Assembly: GCA_050179645.1 (NCBI GenBank)
Contig: JBFXEX010000002.1
Coordinates: 5,638-69,637 of the forward strand
Source: Xanthobacteraceae bacterium
Lineage (GTDB): Bacteria; Pseudomonadota; Alphaproteobacteria; Rhizobiales; Xanthobacteraceae
Direction: 5' to 3'
DNA length: 64,000 bases
In this document: positions 1 through 12,031 of the stretch, one piece after another
Layout: every line of letters starts with the position of its first letter
Position numbering within the stretch: the first letter of the stretch is position 1
The notes under the pieces: model-generated
Databases searched by the model: none
What the model saw: only the letters and a program-made list of their open reading frames with translations
Told to the model about the DNA's origin: nothing
Translations under genes and position numbers: made by a program

Positions 1-1
1 C

Positions 2-1609
2 GGCTACGTGCTGGTGGCCATCCTGATCGGGCCTTACCTGCGCAAGTTCGGCGCCTATACCGTGCCCGACTTCATGTCGTTCCGGTTTGGCGGCAATCTG
101 GCGCGCTTCATCGCCGTCGTCGTCCTGGTGTGCTGCTCGTTCACCTACGTGACCGCGCAGATCTACGGCACCGGCATCATCGCCTCGCGCTTCCTCGGCA
201 TGCCGTTCGAATGGGCGGTGTTTGCGGGCCTCGCCGGCATTCTCGTCTGCTCGATGCTGGGCGGCATGAAGGCGGTCACCTGGACGCAGATCGCGCAATA
301 CATCGTCCTGATCATCGCCTACCTGACACCGATCGTCATCCTGTCCTACAAGCAATACGGGTTCCCGATCCCGGAACTAACCTATGGCCAGGCGATCGCG
401 GACATCACGGCGCGCGAGAAAGAAATGATCGCCACCGGACTGGCGACGGTGGCGGCGCTCAAACCGCACATCCAGCCGTTCTTCAGCTACAGCCCGCTCA
501 ACTTCTTCGCCATCATGTTCTGCATGATGGTGGGCACCGCCTCGCTGCCGCACATCCTGATGCGTTACTTCACCACGCCGACCGTGCGTGACGCCCGCAA
601 GTCGGTGGCCTGGTCGCTGTTCTTCATCTTCCTCCTGTACTTCTCGGCGCCAGCTTATGCGGCGTTCTCCAAGCTTGAGGTGTACACCAACATCATCGGG
701 CGCGATCTGACCGAGGTCCGACCATGGATGTTCACCTGGGGCGAACTTGGGCTGATCAAGATCTGCGGCAAGGACGCCTCAAGCATCGACGCGATCGTGG
801 CAGCCTGTAAGGCCATTGCCGGTCATCCCGGCGTGGTGCGTCTGCAGGACTTCGTAATCAACACCGACGTGATCGTGCTCTCGACGCCGGAGATCGCGGG
901 CCTGCCCTATGTGATCTCCGGCCTGGTCGCGGCCGGCGGCCTCGCGGCAGCGCTCTCCACCGCCGACGGGCTGCTGCTCGCCATCGCCAACGCGCTCAGT
1001 CACGACATCTATTACAAGATGCTTGACCCGAACGCGCCGACGGTACGCCGGCTCACCGTGGCTCGCATCCTCTTGTTCCTCGTCGCCTTGTGCGCCGCCT
1101 ATCTGGCGTCGACCAAACCGGGTGACATTCTAGCGATGGTGGGGTGGGCGTTCTCGCTCGCCATGGCTGGAAACTTCCCGGCGCTGGTGATGGGCATCTG
1201 GTGGAAACGCGCCACCGCCACCGGGGCCATTTGCGGCATGATCGCCGGATTTGGCCTCTGCCTGTTCTACCTGCTGGTGACGCGATACTTCCCCGGTTTC
1301 GGCGTGAAATACGCTGGGATGACCTCGCTGCTCAATGCCGCGACCGGCGCACCGCTGGTAGATATCTCCAAGGCGATGGCGCTGCCAAACGCCATGGAGG
1401 GATGGACGACACTCGCACACCCGCTGGCCAACAAGGTCGGCTGGTTCAACCTGAACAACATCGCCTGCGGATTGCTCGGGATGCCGCTCGGCTTCCTGGT
1501 GATTTACGTCGTCAGCCTGATGGGCAAGGAGCCTTCCAAGGAGATGCAGGCGTACGTCGACGAGATCCGCAAGCCGCGCGGCGGCACGATCCTCCAAGAG
1601 AAGGCCTGA
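2..1609 (+). CDS. sodium:solute symporter (SSS) family transporter, 5' end cut by window edge
   Basis: The frame is open back to nt 2 and the track start at 8 is an internal GTG. The 533-aa product is polytopic and hydrophobic, with SSS-like segments (GGMKAVTWTQIAQY, TASLPHILMRYFT). Acetate/cation symporter-like large-subunit type. Confidence 0.85.
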   Translation, partial: GYVLVAILIGPYLRKFGAYTVPDFMSFRFGGNLARFIAVVVLVCCSFTYVTAQIYGTGIIASRFLGMPFEWAVFAGLAGILVCSMLGGMKAVTWTQIAQYIVLIIAYLTPIVILSYKQYGFPIPELTYGQAIADITAREKEMIATGLATVAALKPHIQPFFSYSPLNFFAIMFCMMVGTASLPHILMRYFTTPTVRDARKSVAWSLFFIFLLYFSAPAYAAFSKLEVYTNIIGRDLTEVRPWMFTWGELGLIKICGKDASSIDAIVAACKAIAGHPGVVRLQDFVINTDVIVLSTPEIAGLPYVISGLVAAGGLAAALSTADGLLLAIANALSHDIYYKMLDPNAPTVRRLTVARILLFLVALCAAYLASTKPGDILAMVGWAFSLAMAGNFPALVMGIWWKRATATGAICGMIAGFGLCLFYLLVTRYFPGFGVKYAGMTSLLNAATGAPLVDISKAMALPNAMEGWTTLAHPLANKVGWFNLNNIACGLLGMPLGFLVIYVVSLMGKEPSKEMQAYVDEIRKPRGGTILQEKA

Positions 1610-1631
1610 CGGAGGACATCTCACGAACGCG

Positions 1632-1662
1632 AGCGGGGCCCTTGTGGGCCCCGCTTTTTTTG
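1632..1662 (+). terminator. Rho-independent terminator after the symporter gene
   Basis: Perfect 10-bp stem AGCGGGGCCC / GGGCCCCGCT with loop TTGT, followed by a T7 run (1655-1661), 23 nt after the stop codon. Confidence 0.8.
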
Positions 1663-1737
1663 TGACCGGCCGGCCGGCATCTCACTTGCCCGGGCGGGCC
1701 ACTACGGTCATTTTGACGAACCGGGAGCGTAACGGTC

Positions 1738-2046
1738 GTGGACGGTTCGAACGCCTTTCTCGCACATTGGTACTTTCACCTGCCGAACTTCGTTCTGGCG
1801 GCGCTGATGTACACGCTGATCGGCCGGGTTCTGCTGGGCCTGATCGTGCAGCCGGACTCCTCGAACTACATCTGGCGCTTCTTCTGCCGGCTCACCGATC
1901 CGTTCGTCGCGCTGATCGCGCCGATCACTCCCAAGGCGGCTGCGCCGGTGGTCGTCTGGTTGTTCGGCGTGGTCTGGCTGTTCTGGCTCCGGGTTGGATT
2001 GCTCTACCTGTTCCTGCTACTCGGCGCCGTTCCTCGATCGGGTTGA
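1738..2046 (+). CDS. YggT-like small integral membrane protein
   Basis: 102 aa with a GTG start and hydrophobic helices. The central LTDPFVALIAPITPK segment resembles the YggT/Ycf19 signature. Codon bias is consistent with coding. Confidence 0.45.
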   Translation: MDGSNAFLAHWYFHLPNFVLAALMYTLIGRVLLGLIVQPDSSNYIWRFFCRLTDPFVALIAPITPKAAAPVVVWLFGVVWLFWLRVGLLYLFLLLGAVPRSG

Positions 2047-2054
2047 GCCACGCC

Positions 2055-2381
2055 ATGGACCGCAATTTCTATTACATCGCAATCGCCTTCTTCGGCATGG
2101 TCAACGGCCTGTTCAACCAGACTTGGCTGATATTTTCTCTGATCCACATGCAGATCCTTGCGCCCGCGTTGCTGTTCGGCAGCGTGCCGCTGTCGCTGAT
2201 GTTCTCGTCGCTGATGGTATCGACTGCGACAATCATTCTCGCCGGCGTCCCGGCGGCGATCTACGAACGGATCGTCGGCGCCAAGGACGATTCGACCGGG
2301 ACTTCGCTGTGGATCTGGCTCGCCGGTACTGCGCTCCTGACCCTCCCCGCCATCGGCAACTTCTTCGAATACAAGCTATAG
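2055..2381 (+). CDS. hypothetical small membrane protein
   Basis: Internal ATG (MDRNFYYIAIAFFGM...) of track ORF 1644..2381. It has 3-4 predicted TM helices. The N-terminal 137 aa of the track ORF are Arg/Ala-rich and overlap the previous gene. Confidence 0.5.
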   Translation: MDRNFYYIAIAFFGMVNGLFNQTWLIFSLIHMQILAPALLFGSVPLSLMFSSLMVSTATIILAGVPAAIYERIVGAKDDSTGTSLWIWLAGTALLTLPAIGNFFEYKL

Positions 2382-2411
2382 CCGCAGCTCTTCCCTGCCG
2401 AACGCTCGCTT

Positions 2412-2849
2412 TTGATGGCGTCCGGCACCGATTCGCGGCAAAATGCCTCGGCTGGATCGTTGCCTGATACGAGGGGCGACATGGAGCATATGCGACGCAT
2501 TGCGTTCGAGACGGTGCTGCGCGCCGTCGGCTTTGGGTCACTGGCGATTTTCTGCATCATGATCGGGCTGTCGTTTGAGCCACGTGCCGCGTTCCAGGCC
2601 GGCGGCTTCCTGACCATGCTGATGACCGGAGTTCTCGTGCTCAAAGCCTACGAGGCGCGCACCAAGCATTATCACAAGACCGAGATGTGGCTCTACCTGC
2701 CGAAAGAGCTTCGGCCGCCGGCATCCTTTGCGCAGTGGGCGAGCGCCACCGTGTTACGCGAGACCTATCTGACCTTCGCCCGCTGGACCGCCGCGATCGC
2801 GATCGTCATGTGGGTAGCAGCGCTCATCTTTTCGCTGCTGGGCATGTAG
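2412..2849 (+). CDS. hypothetical membrane protein
   Basis: 145-aa ORF with three hydrophobic helices (SLAIFCIMIGLSF, GGFLTMLMTGVLVL, AIAIVMWVAALIFSLL). I recognise no family. Confidence 0.45.
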   Translation: MMASGTDSRQNASAGSLPDTRGDMEHMRRIAFETVLRAVGFGSLAIFCIMIGLSFEPRAAFQAGGFLTMLMTGVLVLKAYEARTKHYHKTEMWLYLPKELRPPASFAQWASATVLRETYLTFARWTAAIAIVMWVAALIFSLLGM

Positions 2850-2853
2850 GCGT

Positions 2854-3444
2854 TCAGCGCTCGCTCATTGCGGCGTCGAGCAGCTTGCGGCACTCGCCGA
2901 GTTCAAGCAGCGCCGTCGTCAGCTTCTGCAATGCCTCCGGGGCAAGGCCGCGCGCCGGCGTTGCAGGCCGTGCCGCTATGTCGGGCTGTGTCGGCGTGGC
3001 AATGGCCCGTGGCAGCAGCGGCGCGCTCGGCTCCGGCGAGCCATCCTCGCGACCGATGATCGAAGGCGCCAGCCGTGGCCCGACGAGTCGCTGCACGTCC
3101 GGTTCGGGCAACCCCTCTGCGGACGCATCGGAGATGTCGTCCGGTTCCGCAGGCTGCGCCGGCCTGGGCGCGCCCGGTTGCCAAACGGTCTGGACAAACC
3201 GCACGCCCTGATCGCGCAGAATGCGCTGGACGCCGCGGATCGTGTAACCTTCTCCATACAATAGATGATGGATGCCGCGCAGCAGGCCGATGTCCTCCGG
3301 CCGATAGTAGCGCCGGCCGCCACCGCGCTTGAGCGGTTTGATCTCGCGGAAGCGACTCTCCCAGAAGCGGAGCACGTGCTGCGGCACGTTGAGTTCCTCC
3401 GCCACTTCGCTGATGGTACGGAACGCGTCCGGCGCCTTGTCCAC
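2854..3444 (-). CDS. MerR family transcriptional regulator
   Basis: N-terminal MerR HTH ([25 protein letters not shown]...[11 protein letters not shown]). Lies directly downstream of ihfA, as is typical for Rhizobiales. Confidence 0.85.
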   Translation of the reverse strand: MDKAPDAFRTISEVAEELNVPQHVLRFWESRFREIKPLKRGGGRRYYRPEDIGLLRGIHHLLYGEGYTIRGVQRILRDQGVRFVQTVWQPGAPRPAQPAEPDDISDASAEGLPEPDVQRLVGPRLAPSIIGREDGSPEPSAPLLPRAIATPTQPDIAARPATPARGLAPEALQKLTTALLELGECRKLLDAAMSER

Positions 3445-3475
3445 CGTCGCACAAACTCCTCTGCAGCGCGTACGA

Positions 3476-3784
3476 CTAAGTCTTGTCGACGCTTTCCGTA
3501 TTGATGCGATGCTTCAGGATTGCCGACGGTTTGAACACCATCACCCGGCGTGGCGAGATCGGTACTTCCTTGCCGGTCTTGGGATTGCGGCCGACGCGCT
3601 GTCCCTTCTTGCGCACGACGAAGGAACCGAACGACGACAGCTTGACGGTCTCGCCCCGCTCCAAGCAATCGGTAATCTCTTTGAGCACCAGTTCAACCAG
3701 CGCCGCGGATTCGGTGCGAGACAATCCTACCTTCTGGTAGACCGCCTCGCAGAGGTCCGCGCGTGTGATCGTTTTTCCCGCCAT
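3476..3784 (-). CDS. ihfA: integration host factor subunit alpha
   Basis: HU/IHF fold with the DNA-binding arm [23 protein letters not shown]. Start taken at [11 protein letters not shown]; the track ORF starts 4 codons earlier, at 3796. Confidence 0.93.
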   Translation of the reverse strand: MAGKTITRADLCEAVYQKVGLSRTESAALVELVLKEITDCLERGETVKLSSFGSFVVRKKGQRVGRNPKTGKEVPISPRRVMVFKPSAILKHRINTESVDKT

Positions 3785-3897
3785 CGCCAGCCCCACTCTC
3801 GGCGAGCCATTTATCCCTCTGAAATTACACGATATTAGCTTGAAAGGGGGCGGTCAACGGGCGTGCAGCGGGAATCGCCGCCCCCGGGGGGATAGTT

Positions 3898-4875
3898 TCA
3901 CCAGCGCAGCAGGGCCGATCCCCAGGTGAAGCCCCCGCCCATCGCCTCCAACATGACGAGATCGCCCTGCTTGATCCGGCCATCGTCGACGGCGGCCGCA
4001 AGCGCAAGCGGAATCGAGGCGGCGGAGGTGTTGCCGTGACGGTCGACCGTCAACACGACCTTCTCGGGAGCCAGCCCGAGCTTCTTGGCGGTATCGTCGA
4101 TAATTCGCTTGTTGGCCTGATGCGGCACAAACCAGTCAACGTCGGCCGCGCCGTACCCGGTCGCCTTGAAGGCATCCTCGATCACGTCGCTGACCATGGC
4201 GACGGCGTGCTTGAACACCGCCCGTCCCTCCATCCGCAAGAGCCCGACTGTCTGCGTCGAGGAGGGACCGCCATCCACGTAAAGCTTCGATTTATAGCGG
4301 CCATCCGAGCGCAGGTGCGTCGTGAGAATGCCCCGGTCCTCGCGCGTGCCCGGTTGCATCTGGGCATCCAGCACCACCGCACCGGCGCCGTCGCCGAACA
4401 GCACGCAGGTGCCACGATCCTGCCAGTCCAGGATGCGCGAGAAGGTCTCCGAGCCGATCACCAGCGCGCGCGTGAAGCCGCTGGTCTTGAGCAGCCCGTC
4501 GGCGGTCGCAAGCGCGAATACGAAGCCTGAGCAAACTGCCTGCAGATCGAATGCCGCGCCGTGGGTGATGCCGAGCCCGGCCTGCACCGTGACCGCGCTC
4601 GCCGGAAAGGTGTTGTCCGGCGTCGAAGTCGCAAGCACGATCAAGTCGATCGACTGGGCGTCGACGCCCGCGGCGGCGAGCGCCGCCTTCGATGCTGCGA
4701 TCGCCATGTCGGACGTCGTTTCGCCGGCTGCGGCGATGTGCCGCTCGCGGATACCCGTGCGCTGGGTGATCCAGTCGTCGCTGGTATCGACCATCGCCGA
4801 CAGATCGGCATTGCTGAGCACCCGGCTCGGCAGATAGCTGCCGCAGCCGAGGACGACCGAGCGCAGCATCGTCAC
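3898..4875 (-). CDS. fabH: beta-ketoacyl-ACP synthase III
   Basis: 325 aa with active-site Cys context [11 protein letters not shown], plus WFVPHQAN and [12 protein letters not shown]. The start overlaps the plsX stop by 4 nt. Confidence 0.95.
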   Translation of the reverse strand: MTMLRSVVLGCGSYLPSRVLSNADLSAMVDTSDDWITQRTGIRERHIAAAGETTSDMAIAASKAALAAAGVDAQSIDLIVLATSTPDNTFPASAVTVQAGLGITHGAAFDLQAVCSGFVFALATADGLLKTSGFTRALVIGSETFSRILDWQDRGTCVLFGDGAGAVVLDAQMQPGTREDRGILTTHLRSDGRYKSKLYVDGGPSSTQTVGLLRMEGRAVFKHAVAMVSDVIEDAFKATGYGAADVDWFVPHQANKRIIDDTAKKLGLAPEKVVLTVDRHGNTSAASIPLALAAAVDDGRIKQGDLVMLEAMGGGFTWGSALLRW

Positions 4876-5939
4876 GAAGCCGCCCCCCCGACGAGCCGGG
4901 GCGGTTCAGGCATCGCATCGCGACGATGCCCGGCAAGCGTCTGCTCGATCTTGGCGAGCATGTCGTGCCGGACCAGGTCGTAGCCCACGTTGATCGCATA
5001 AGCGAAGCCTTCGGCGTCGGTGCCGCCGTGGCTCTTGATGACGATTCCATTGAGGCCGAGAAAGACACCGCCATTCGACTTGCTGGGGTCGAGCTTGTCG
5101 GCCAGCGCCTTGAACGCGCGCTTTGCGAACAGATAGCCGAGCCGCGTCCAGATGGTGCGATTGAGCTCGGTCTTGAGGAAGCTAGCCATTTGGCGCGCCG
5201 TTCCCTCCGCCGCCTTGAGCGCGATATTTCCGGCGAAGCCTTCCGTCACAACCACGTCCACTGTCCCCTTGCCGATGTCGTCGCCCTCGACGAATCCCTT
5301 GTATTGAAACTGCGGCCAGTTCTCCTCGCGCAGGATGCGGCCGGCCTCGCGTACCTCTTCCAGCCCCTTGGCCTCCTCGACACCGATGTTGAGGAGCCCG
5401 ACGGTAGGTCGCTCGATCCCGAACAACACCCGCGCCATGGCCGCGCCCATGGCGGCGAGATCCACGAGGTGCGGAGCGTCCGCGCCGATCGAAGCGCCAA
5501 GATCGAGCACGATCGAAGAACCCCGCAAGGTGGGCCATACCGCGGCGATGGCCGGCCGATCAATCCCCGCAATGGTCCGCAGGTTGAATTTTGCCATCGC
5601 CATCAGCGCGCCGGTATTGCCGGCCGACACCGCGACATCGGCTTCGCCCTTCTTCACGGCATCGATGGCGAGCCACATCGACGACTTCCAGCGGCCCTTG
5701 CGCAGGGCTTGGCTCGGCTTGTCGTGCATCTGGACGACCACGTCGCTGTGGACGAACCGGCAAGCCGCCTGCAGCCGCGGGCGGGCGGCGAGCAGCGGGG
5801 CGACTACGGCTTCGTCGCCAAACAGGAGAAACTCGATGTCGGGGTGACGGGACAGCGACAGCTCGGCGCCGGGAACCACCGCTGCCGCTCCACGGTCTCC
5901 CCCCATGGCGTCGAGCGCAATGCGGACTTTTCGGGACAT
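4872..5939 (-). CDS. plsX: phosphate acyltransferase PlsX
   Basis: 355 aa, N-terminus [13 protein letters not shown] and full-length PlsX-like sequence. Conserved plsX-fabH pairing. Confidence 0.93.
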   Translation of the reverse strand: MSRKVRIALDAMGGDRGAAAVVPGAELSLSRHPDIEFLLFGDEAVVAPLLAARPRLQAACRFVHSDVVVQMHDKPSQALRKGRWKSSMWLAIDAVKKGEADVAVSAGNTGALMAMAKFNLRTIAGIDRPAIAAVWPTLRGSSIVLDLGASIGADAPHLVDLAAMGAAMARVLFGIERPTVGLLNIGVEEAKGLEEVREAGRILREENWPQFQYKGFVEGDDIGKGTVDVVVTEGFAGNIALKAAEGTARQMASFLKTELNRTIWTRLGYLFAKRAFKALADKLDPSKSNGGVFLGLNGIVIKSHGGTDAEGFAYAINVGYDLVRHDMLAKIEQTLAGHRRDAMPEPPRLVGGAAS

Positions 5940-5987
5940 GAATGACCTTACCGTCTCAGTGGCACCGGCAACAGGGGGGCAAATCCA

Positions 5988-6533
5988 TCAGCCCGCCTCC
6001 CCGTCCCGCCCTTTCTTCAGCGCGGCCAGCGCGGCGAACGGATGCGCCGCCGCCTCACCCGACAACGGGGACTGGAATTCCGCTCCCGGCTTGCGGGGAT
6101 ACGGATCGATCGCCAGCAACAGGAACTCGGTGGCGATCGCGCCGAGGTCGATGGTCCCGTCCACCAGGGGTTCCGGTCCATCCTCGGCGACCTCTTCGCC
6201 GTCGTCGCCAGCAATGCCCGCCGGCGGACCGTCAAGGGGCGCGAACACAAGCTCGATCGGTTCATCGACCTCATTCTCGATCGGGTCGAGGGTCACCACG
6301 CAGGCCTGCCCCACCGTCGCCCGAACACGACCGGAAACACGCAAACCGCCCTTGCCCTGGAGCGTCACGTCGAAGCTGGCCTCGAGACGCGGCAGATCGC
6401 GCAGCCCCGCGAGCTTGGCCGTGGCGGCGCGGACCGGTCCGTCGGCCACGAGATCGAACTGACGGCCACTATCTGACACGTCACTGACCGCGAGCCGGAC
6501 GCTCCAAGGAAATTCCGATCTGGTGCTGGCCAT
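5988..6533 (-). CDS. DUF177 (YceD-like) protein
   Basis: Start taken at the internal ATG (MASTRSEFPW). The acidic C-terminal half with VTLDPIENEVDEPIELVF is typical of YceD family proteins encoded upstream of plsX. The 64-aa N-terminal extension in the track ORF is Arg/Pro-rich and unlikely to be real. Confidence 0.75.
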   Translation of the reverse strand: MASTRSEFPWSVRLAVSDVSDSGRQFDLVADGPVRAATAKLAGLRDLPRLEASFDVTLQGKGGLRVSGRVRATVGQACVVTLDPIENEVDEPIELVFAPLDGPPAGIAGDDGEEVAEDGPEPLVDGTIDLGAIATEFLLLAIDPYPRKPGAEFQSPLSGEAAAHPFAALAALKKGRDGEAG

Positions 6534-6588
6534 CTCGTTTGCTATCTGCGCGCGTCTCTTTCCGCCCGATTTGGGTATGGGAGTTCGA

Positions 6589-7167
6589 TCACGCCATGGG
6601 GCCCGAACATGCCCCCAGCGCGGGCGAGACCTGCGCCGGATCGGGAAAACGCAGCTCTGATCGGGCGATCGCCTCATTGTTCTGCGTGGCGAATGCGTCA
6701 GCGGCCGCCCGGACATAGCGGGCAAGGCATTCTACCCCCTCCCTTGAAGTGGGCGTTCCACCGAACACATTCTGCGCGAGCACAGCCTCCAGACGCTCGA
6801 AACCGCCTGACGCGAGCGCTTCGCCGTACTCGGTCTGGCGGGCATAGAACGCAGCGCCGACCCGGCGCATTTTTCGCGGCACCGCCAAGTCTCCGACGCC
6901 CATTTCCCGCATGCTGGCGTCCATATCCTCGCAGAACCGGTCGAAAACCTCCTGTCCGAGCCGGCGAAGCGGCAACGGCGCCTCCGCAAGGCGGCGCAGC
7001 AGCAGCACCGTATGCAGCGCAATCATCTCGAAACGCCCATTGACCGTGTCCGGAACGCCATAGTTTCGATAGAACTCCGGGGTTCGCGCCTGCGCCACGA
7101 TCATGCCATAGAGACCGGCAATGCTGGAGGTTCGCGGGGTGCGGCGAAACAGACGCAATATCATCAA
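6589..7167 (-). CDS. ubiquinol-cytochrome c chaperone (Cbp3-like) family protein
   Basis: 192 aa with FEMIALHTVLLLRRL...VFDRFCEDMDASMREMGVGD, which matches my recollection of the Ubiq_cyt_C_chap domain. Confidence 0.65.
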   Translation of the reverse strand: MMILRLFRRTPRTSSIAGLYGMIVAQARTPEFYRNYGVPDTVNGRFEMIALHTVLLLRRLAEAPLPLRRLGQEVFDRFCEDMDASMREMGVGDLAVPRKMRRVGAAFYARQTEYGEALASGGFERLEAVLAQNVFGGTPTSREGVECLARYVRAAADAFATQNNEAIARSELRFPDPAQVSPALGACSGPMA

Positions 7168-7265
7168 GATAGCTCGGCAATCGGAAGCCGCGGATCGGGC
7201 ACCGCGTGGAACCGTCTAGAGTGGCGCCGCCCAGTACGTCAACGTGTGAACGAATGCAACCGAAT

Positions 7266-7733
7266 ATGAGATCCCGTAACCGACAGCCTGTCTCCCGGCC
7301 ACCGCGCCGGCGGCTGGCGTTGGCGGCTCGGACAGCGGCGGCGTTGGTTGCCATCGGCGTATTGCTCGGGGGCTGCTTCGGCGAGACCTTCCAGCGCGGC
7401 TACATCATCCCGGACGGTGCGCTCGAGCAGATCCCGATCGGATCGAGCCAGGAACAGGTCCTGATCGTGCTCGGAACCCCCTCGACCGTGGCCACGGTCA
7501 GCGGCGAGGCCTTCTACTACATTTCTCAGCGCGCCGAACGCAGCGTCGCCTTCCTGCAGCCGAACCTGGTCGATCAACGGGTGGTCGCGGTCTATTTCGA
7601 CCGGAACCGCCGGGTGGAACGGCTCGCAAACTACGGCCTGAAGGACGGCAAGGTGTTCGACTATGTCAGCCGCACGACGCCGACGACCGGCAAGGAAGTG
7701 AATTACATCAACGCGATGTTCAAGATCTTCTAA
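7266..7733 (+). CDS. bamE: outer membrane protein assembly factor BamE (SmpA/OmlA)
   Basis: Lipoprotein signal with lipobox LLGGC, followed by RGYIIPDGALEQIPIGSSQEQVLIVLGTPS, the BamE core. Alternative starts at 7254 or 7206. Confidence 0.8.
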   Translation: MRSRNRQPVSRPPRRRLALAARTAAALVAIGVLLGGCFGETFQRGYIIPDGALEQIPIGSSQEQVLIVLGTPSTVATVSGEAFYYISQRAERSVAFLQPNLVDQRVVAVYFDRNRRVERLANYGLKDGKVFDYVSRTTPTTGKEVNYINAMFKIF

Positions 7734-7801
7734 CGCGAATATCAAAGGAGGGTATCGGGCCGAACGTTCTCCTCAAAGCCCGGCTCCCGGATGGCGAAAC
7801 G

Positions 7802-7835
7802 AAAAGCCCGCGGCGAACCGCGGGCTTTTGTTATT
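7802..7835. terminator. bidirectional intrinsic terminator between bamE and hppA
   Basis: 12-bp stem AAAAGCCCGCGG / CCGCGGGCTTTT with loop CGAA. There is an A-run upstream and a T-run downstream, so it reads as a terminator on both strands. It sits between convergent genes. Confidence 0.8.
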
Positions 7836-7854
7836 GCGCAAGCCCCTGCTCCGA

Positions 7855-9981
<2,127 letters not shown>

Positions 9982-10271
9982 TTGAGGTTACCCCGATTGG
10001 TAAGGCGGCGCCGGCGATAGACCCGGCGGCAGCATATGATTGGCTCGCGAGATCGCTGGACCCCACGGAAAGTGGCGCGGGTATAGCCAAAAATACCGGT
10101 GCGATGCAACGCTTCAGGTACGTTGTTTTTGCTCAATCCCCGGAACGATCAAGGGATTCCAGCCGCTTGCCGCTCCTTGAGCGCTCCCGGCGGCTGGTCC
10201 GTCGCAAACACCCACGGCCGTGTGGGCGCGGCCGCCACGTCTCAGTCAGGACTGCGACCGAAGCGGAGATA

Positions 10272-10583
10272 TCAGGGCGCGCGGCGCCAGAGCGCACCCC
10301 GATCAAACTGCAGGGTGTTGCCATCGGGGGAATAGATCGCCCCTTGATTGGCACGTTCGACCCAGATTCGGCCGGGGTAGTCGACCCAGGCGCGCGACGG
10401 CTCTCCGGCGTCGTTGACGACGTTGAGTTCCCAGCCGTTCTGCGTGATGTAGGCGTAGCTGCCGGGCGGGCCGAGGCAAAGCTCGACGCAGCGCCACCGG
10501 CCGGTCAGGTTCGCGCCTTGCGCCAATACATCGCTCGCGACCATCGTCGCTATTGTCGTAACAACGCCGAACAGCATCCTCAT
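10272..10583 (-). CDS. hypothetical small secreted protein
   Basis: 103 aa with an N-terminal signal-like segment (MRMLFGVVTTIATMVASDVLAQG). The mature part has two Cys. I recognise no family. Confidence 0.45.
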   Translation of the reverse strand: MRMLFGVVTTIATMVASDVLAQGANLTGRWRCVELCLGPPGSYAYITQNGWELNVVNDAGEPSRAWVDYPGRIWVERANQGAIYSPDGNTLQFDRGALWRRAP

Positions 10584-10675
10584 CGTCCACCTCCTCCGTG
10601 ACTATCCGGGCCGCACGTTATGGCCATCTGCAGATCGATCGTCGGCATCGGGTTAGCACCATCCGCTCGGACCGA

Positions 10676-11911
10676 TTACCCCAGCCGTTCGTGCCTGCTT
10701 CGCCAGCTCCACCAAAGCAGCACCACGCACGCGGCAAGAACGAACGGCACCGTCACCTCGTTGACGGTCTCCCAGCCGAAATTTGCCAGCAGCTTGCCGG
10801 AGGAGAACGAACCGATCGCCATCGAGCCAAAGATCAGGAAGTCGTTGAAGGCCTGAACCTTATTGCGCTCGTTGGGGCGGTGGCACTGCGTCACCATCGT
10901 GGTCGCACCGATGAAGGCAAAATTCCACCCGATACCGAGGACCGCGAGCCCGATCCAGAAGTGCCAGAGCGAAATCCCCGCAATGCCGATGCCGGCAGCG
11001 ACCATCAGCAGCAGCAGCCCGAGGCCGGTGACGCGGATGACCCCGAAGCGGTTGATCAGCACCCCGGTGAAGAAGCTTGGCGCGAACATGCCCAGCACAT
11101 GCCATTGGATGCCGAGCGTCGCCTCGGTTACCGAATGATTGCACATGACCATGGCGAGCGGCGCCGAGGTCATCACCATGTTCATCATCGAGTAGCTGAC
11201 GACGCCGCACGCGACTGCCACGAGGAAGCGTGGCTGGCGAGCGATTTCGGCCAACGGCCGGCCCTCGCTGGTCGCGGTAGGCGGCGGCAGCCGGGGAATC
11301 TTCAGCAGCATCAGCACGCCGCCCGCTACGACCGCAAACGCGGACTGGGCGATGTAGCTCGCGGCGAAGAGATACGGCGGCCAAAGGTCTTTGGTGGCAA
11401 TGACGAGTTGCGGGCCGACGACGGCGCCGAAAATGCCGCCGACCAGAACCCAGGAGATCGCCTTCGCCTTGAAGGCATCGGTGGCCGTATCTGTCGCGGC
11501 GAAGCGGTAGGACTGGTGCGCCGCCGCATAGAAGCCGCTGAAGATCGCGCCGATGTTGAACAGCAGGAACGACCCCTGCAGCACCGCAACACAGCAGATG
11601 AGCCCGGTCAGGACGCCCGACACCGTGCCGATCTGCAGCGCGGTGCGCCGACCGAGATTGCGCGCCAGCCACCCCATCGGCAGCGTGCTCATCCACAAGC
11701 CGAGCACGAAGATGCTGATCGGCAGGGTCGCGAGCCCTTTGTCTGGAGCAAGCATGGTGCCGACGATAGCGGCGGTCGAGACCAGGACCGTGTTGTTGCC
11801 GCCGGCAAGCGCCTGCGCAACCGACAGCACCACCGCGTTGCGCCGCGCGAGGCGGTCGCCCGTGACGGTGCCTACTGCCGGTTCGGCCAGCGCCGACATT
11901 GCCTTCTCCAA
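10676..11911 (-). CDS. MFS transporter
   Basis: 411 aa with about 12 TM helices and an MFS loop motif region (GWLARNLGRRTAL). Confidence 0.85.
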   Translation of the reverse strand: MEKAMSALAEPAVGTVTGDRLARRNAVVLSVAQALAGGNNTVLVSTAAIVGTMLAPDKGLATLPISIFVLGLWMSTLPMGWLARNLGRRTALQIGTVSGVLTGLICCVAVLQGSFLLFNIGAIFSGFYAAAHQSYRFAATDTATDAFKAKAISWVLVGGIFGAVVGPQLVIATKDLWPPYLFAASYIAQSAFAVVAGGVLMLLKIPRLPPPTATSEGRPLAEIARQPRFLVAVACGVVSYSMMNMVMTSAPLAMVMCNHSVTEATLGIQWHVLGMFAPSFFTGVLINRFGVIRVTGLGLLLLMVAAGIGIAGISLWHFWIGLAVLGIGWNFAFIGATTMVTQCHRPNERNKVQAFNDFLIFGSMAIGSFSSGKLLANFGWETVNEVTVPFVLAACVVLLWWSWRSRHERLG

Positions 11912-12031
11912 AGGGACTCGCGAGCTGCGATGTGGCCCCTTCTAGCGGCGCCGGGAGGGCATCGCTACCGGGCCGGCGCAGACCAGAGATGCACCCGGCG
12001 TCCCGTGCCCAGGTAGGCAAGTGCCCTGCTT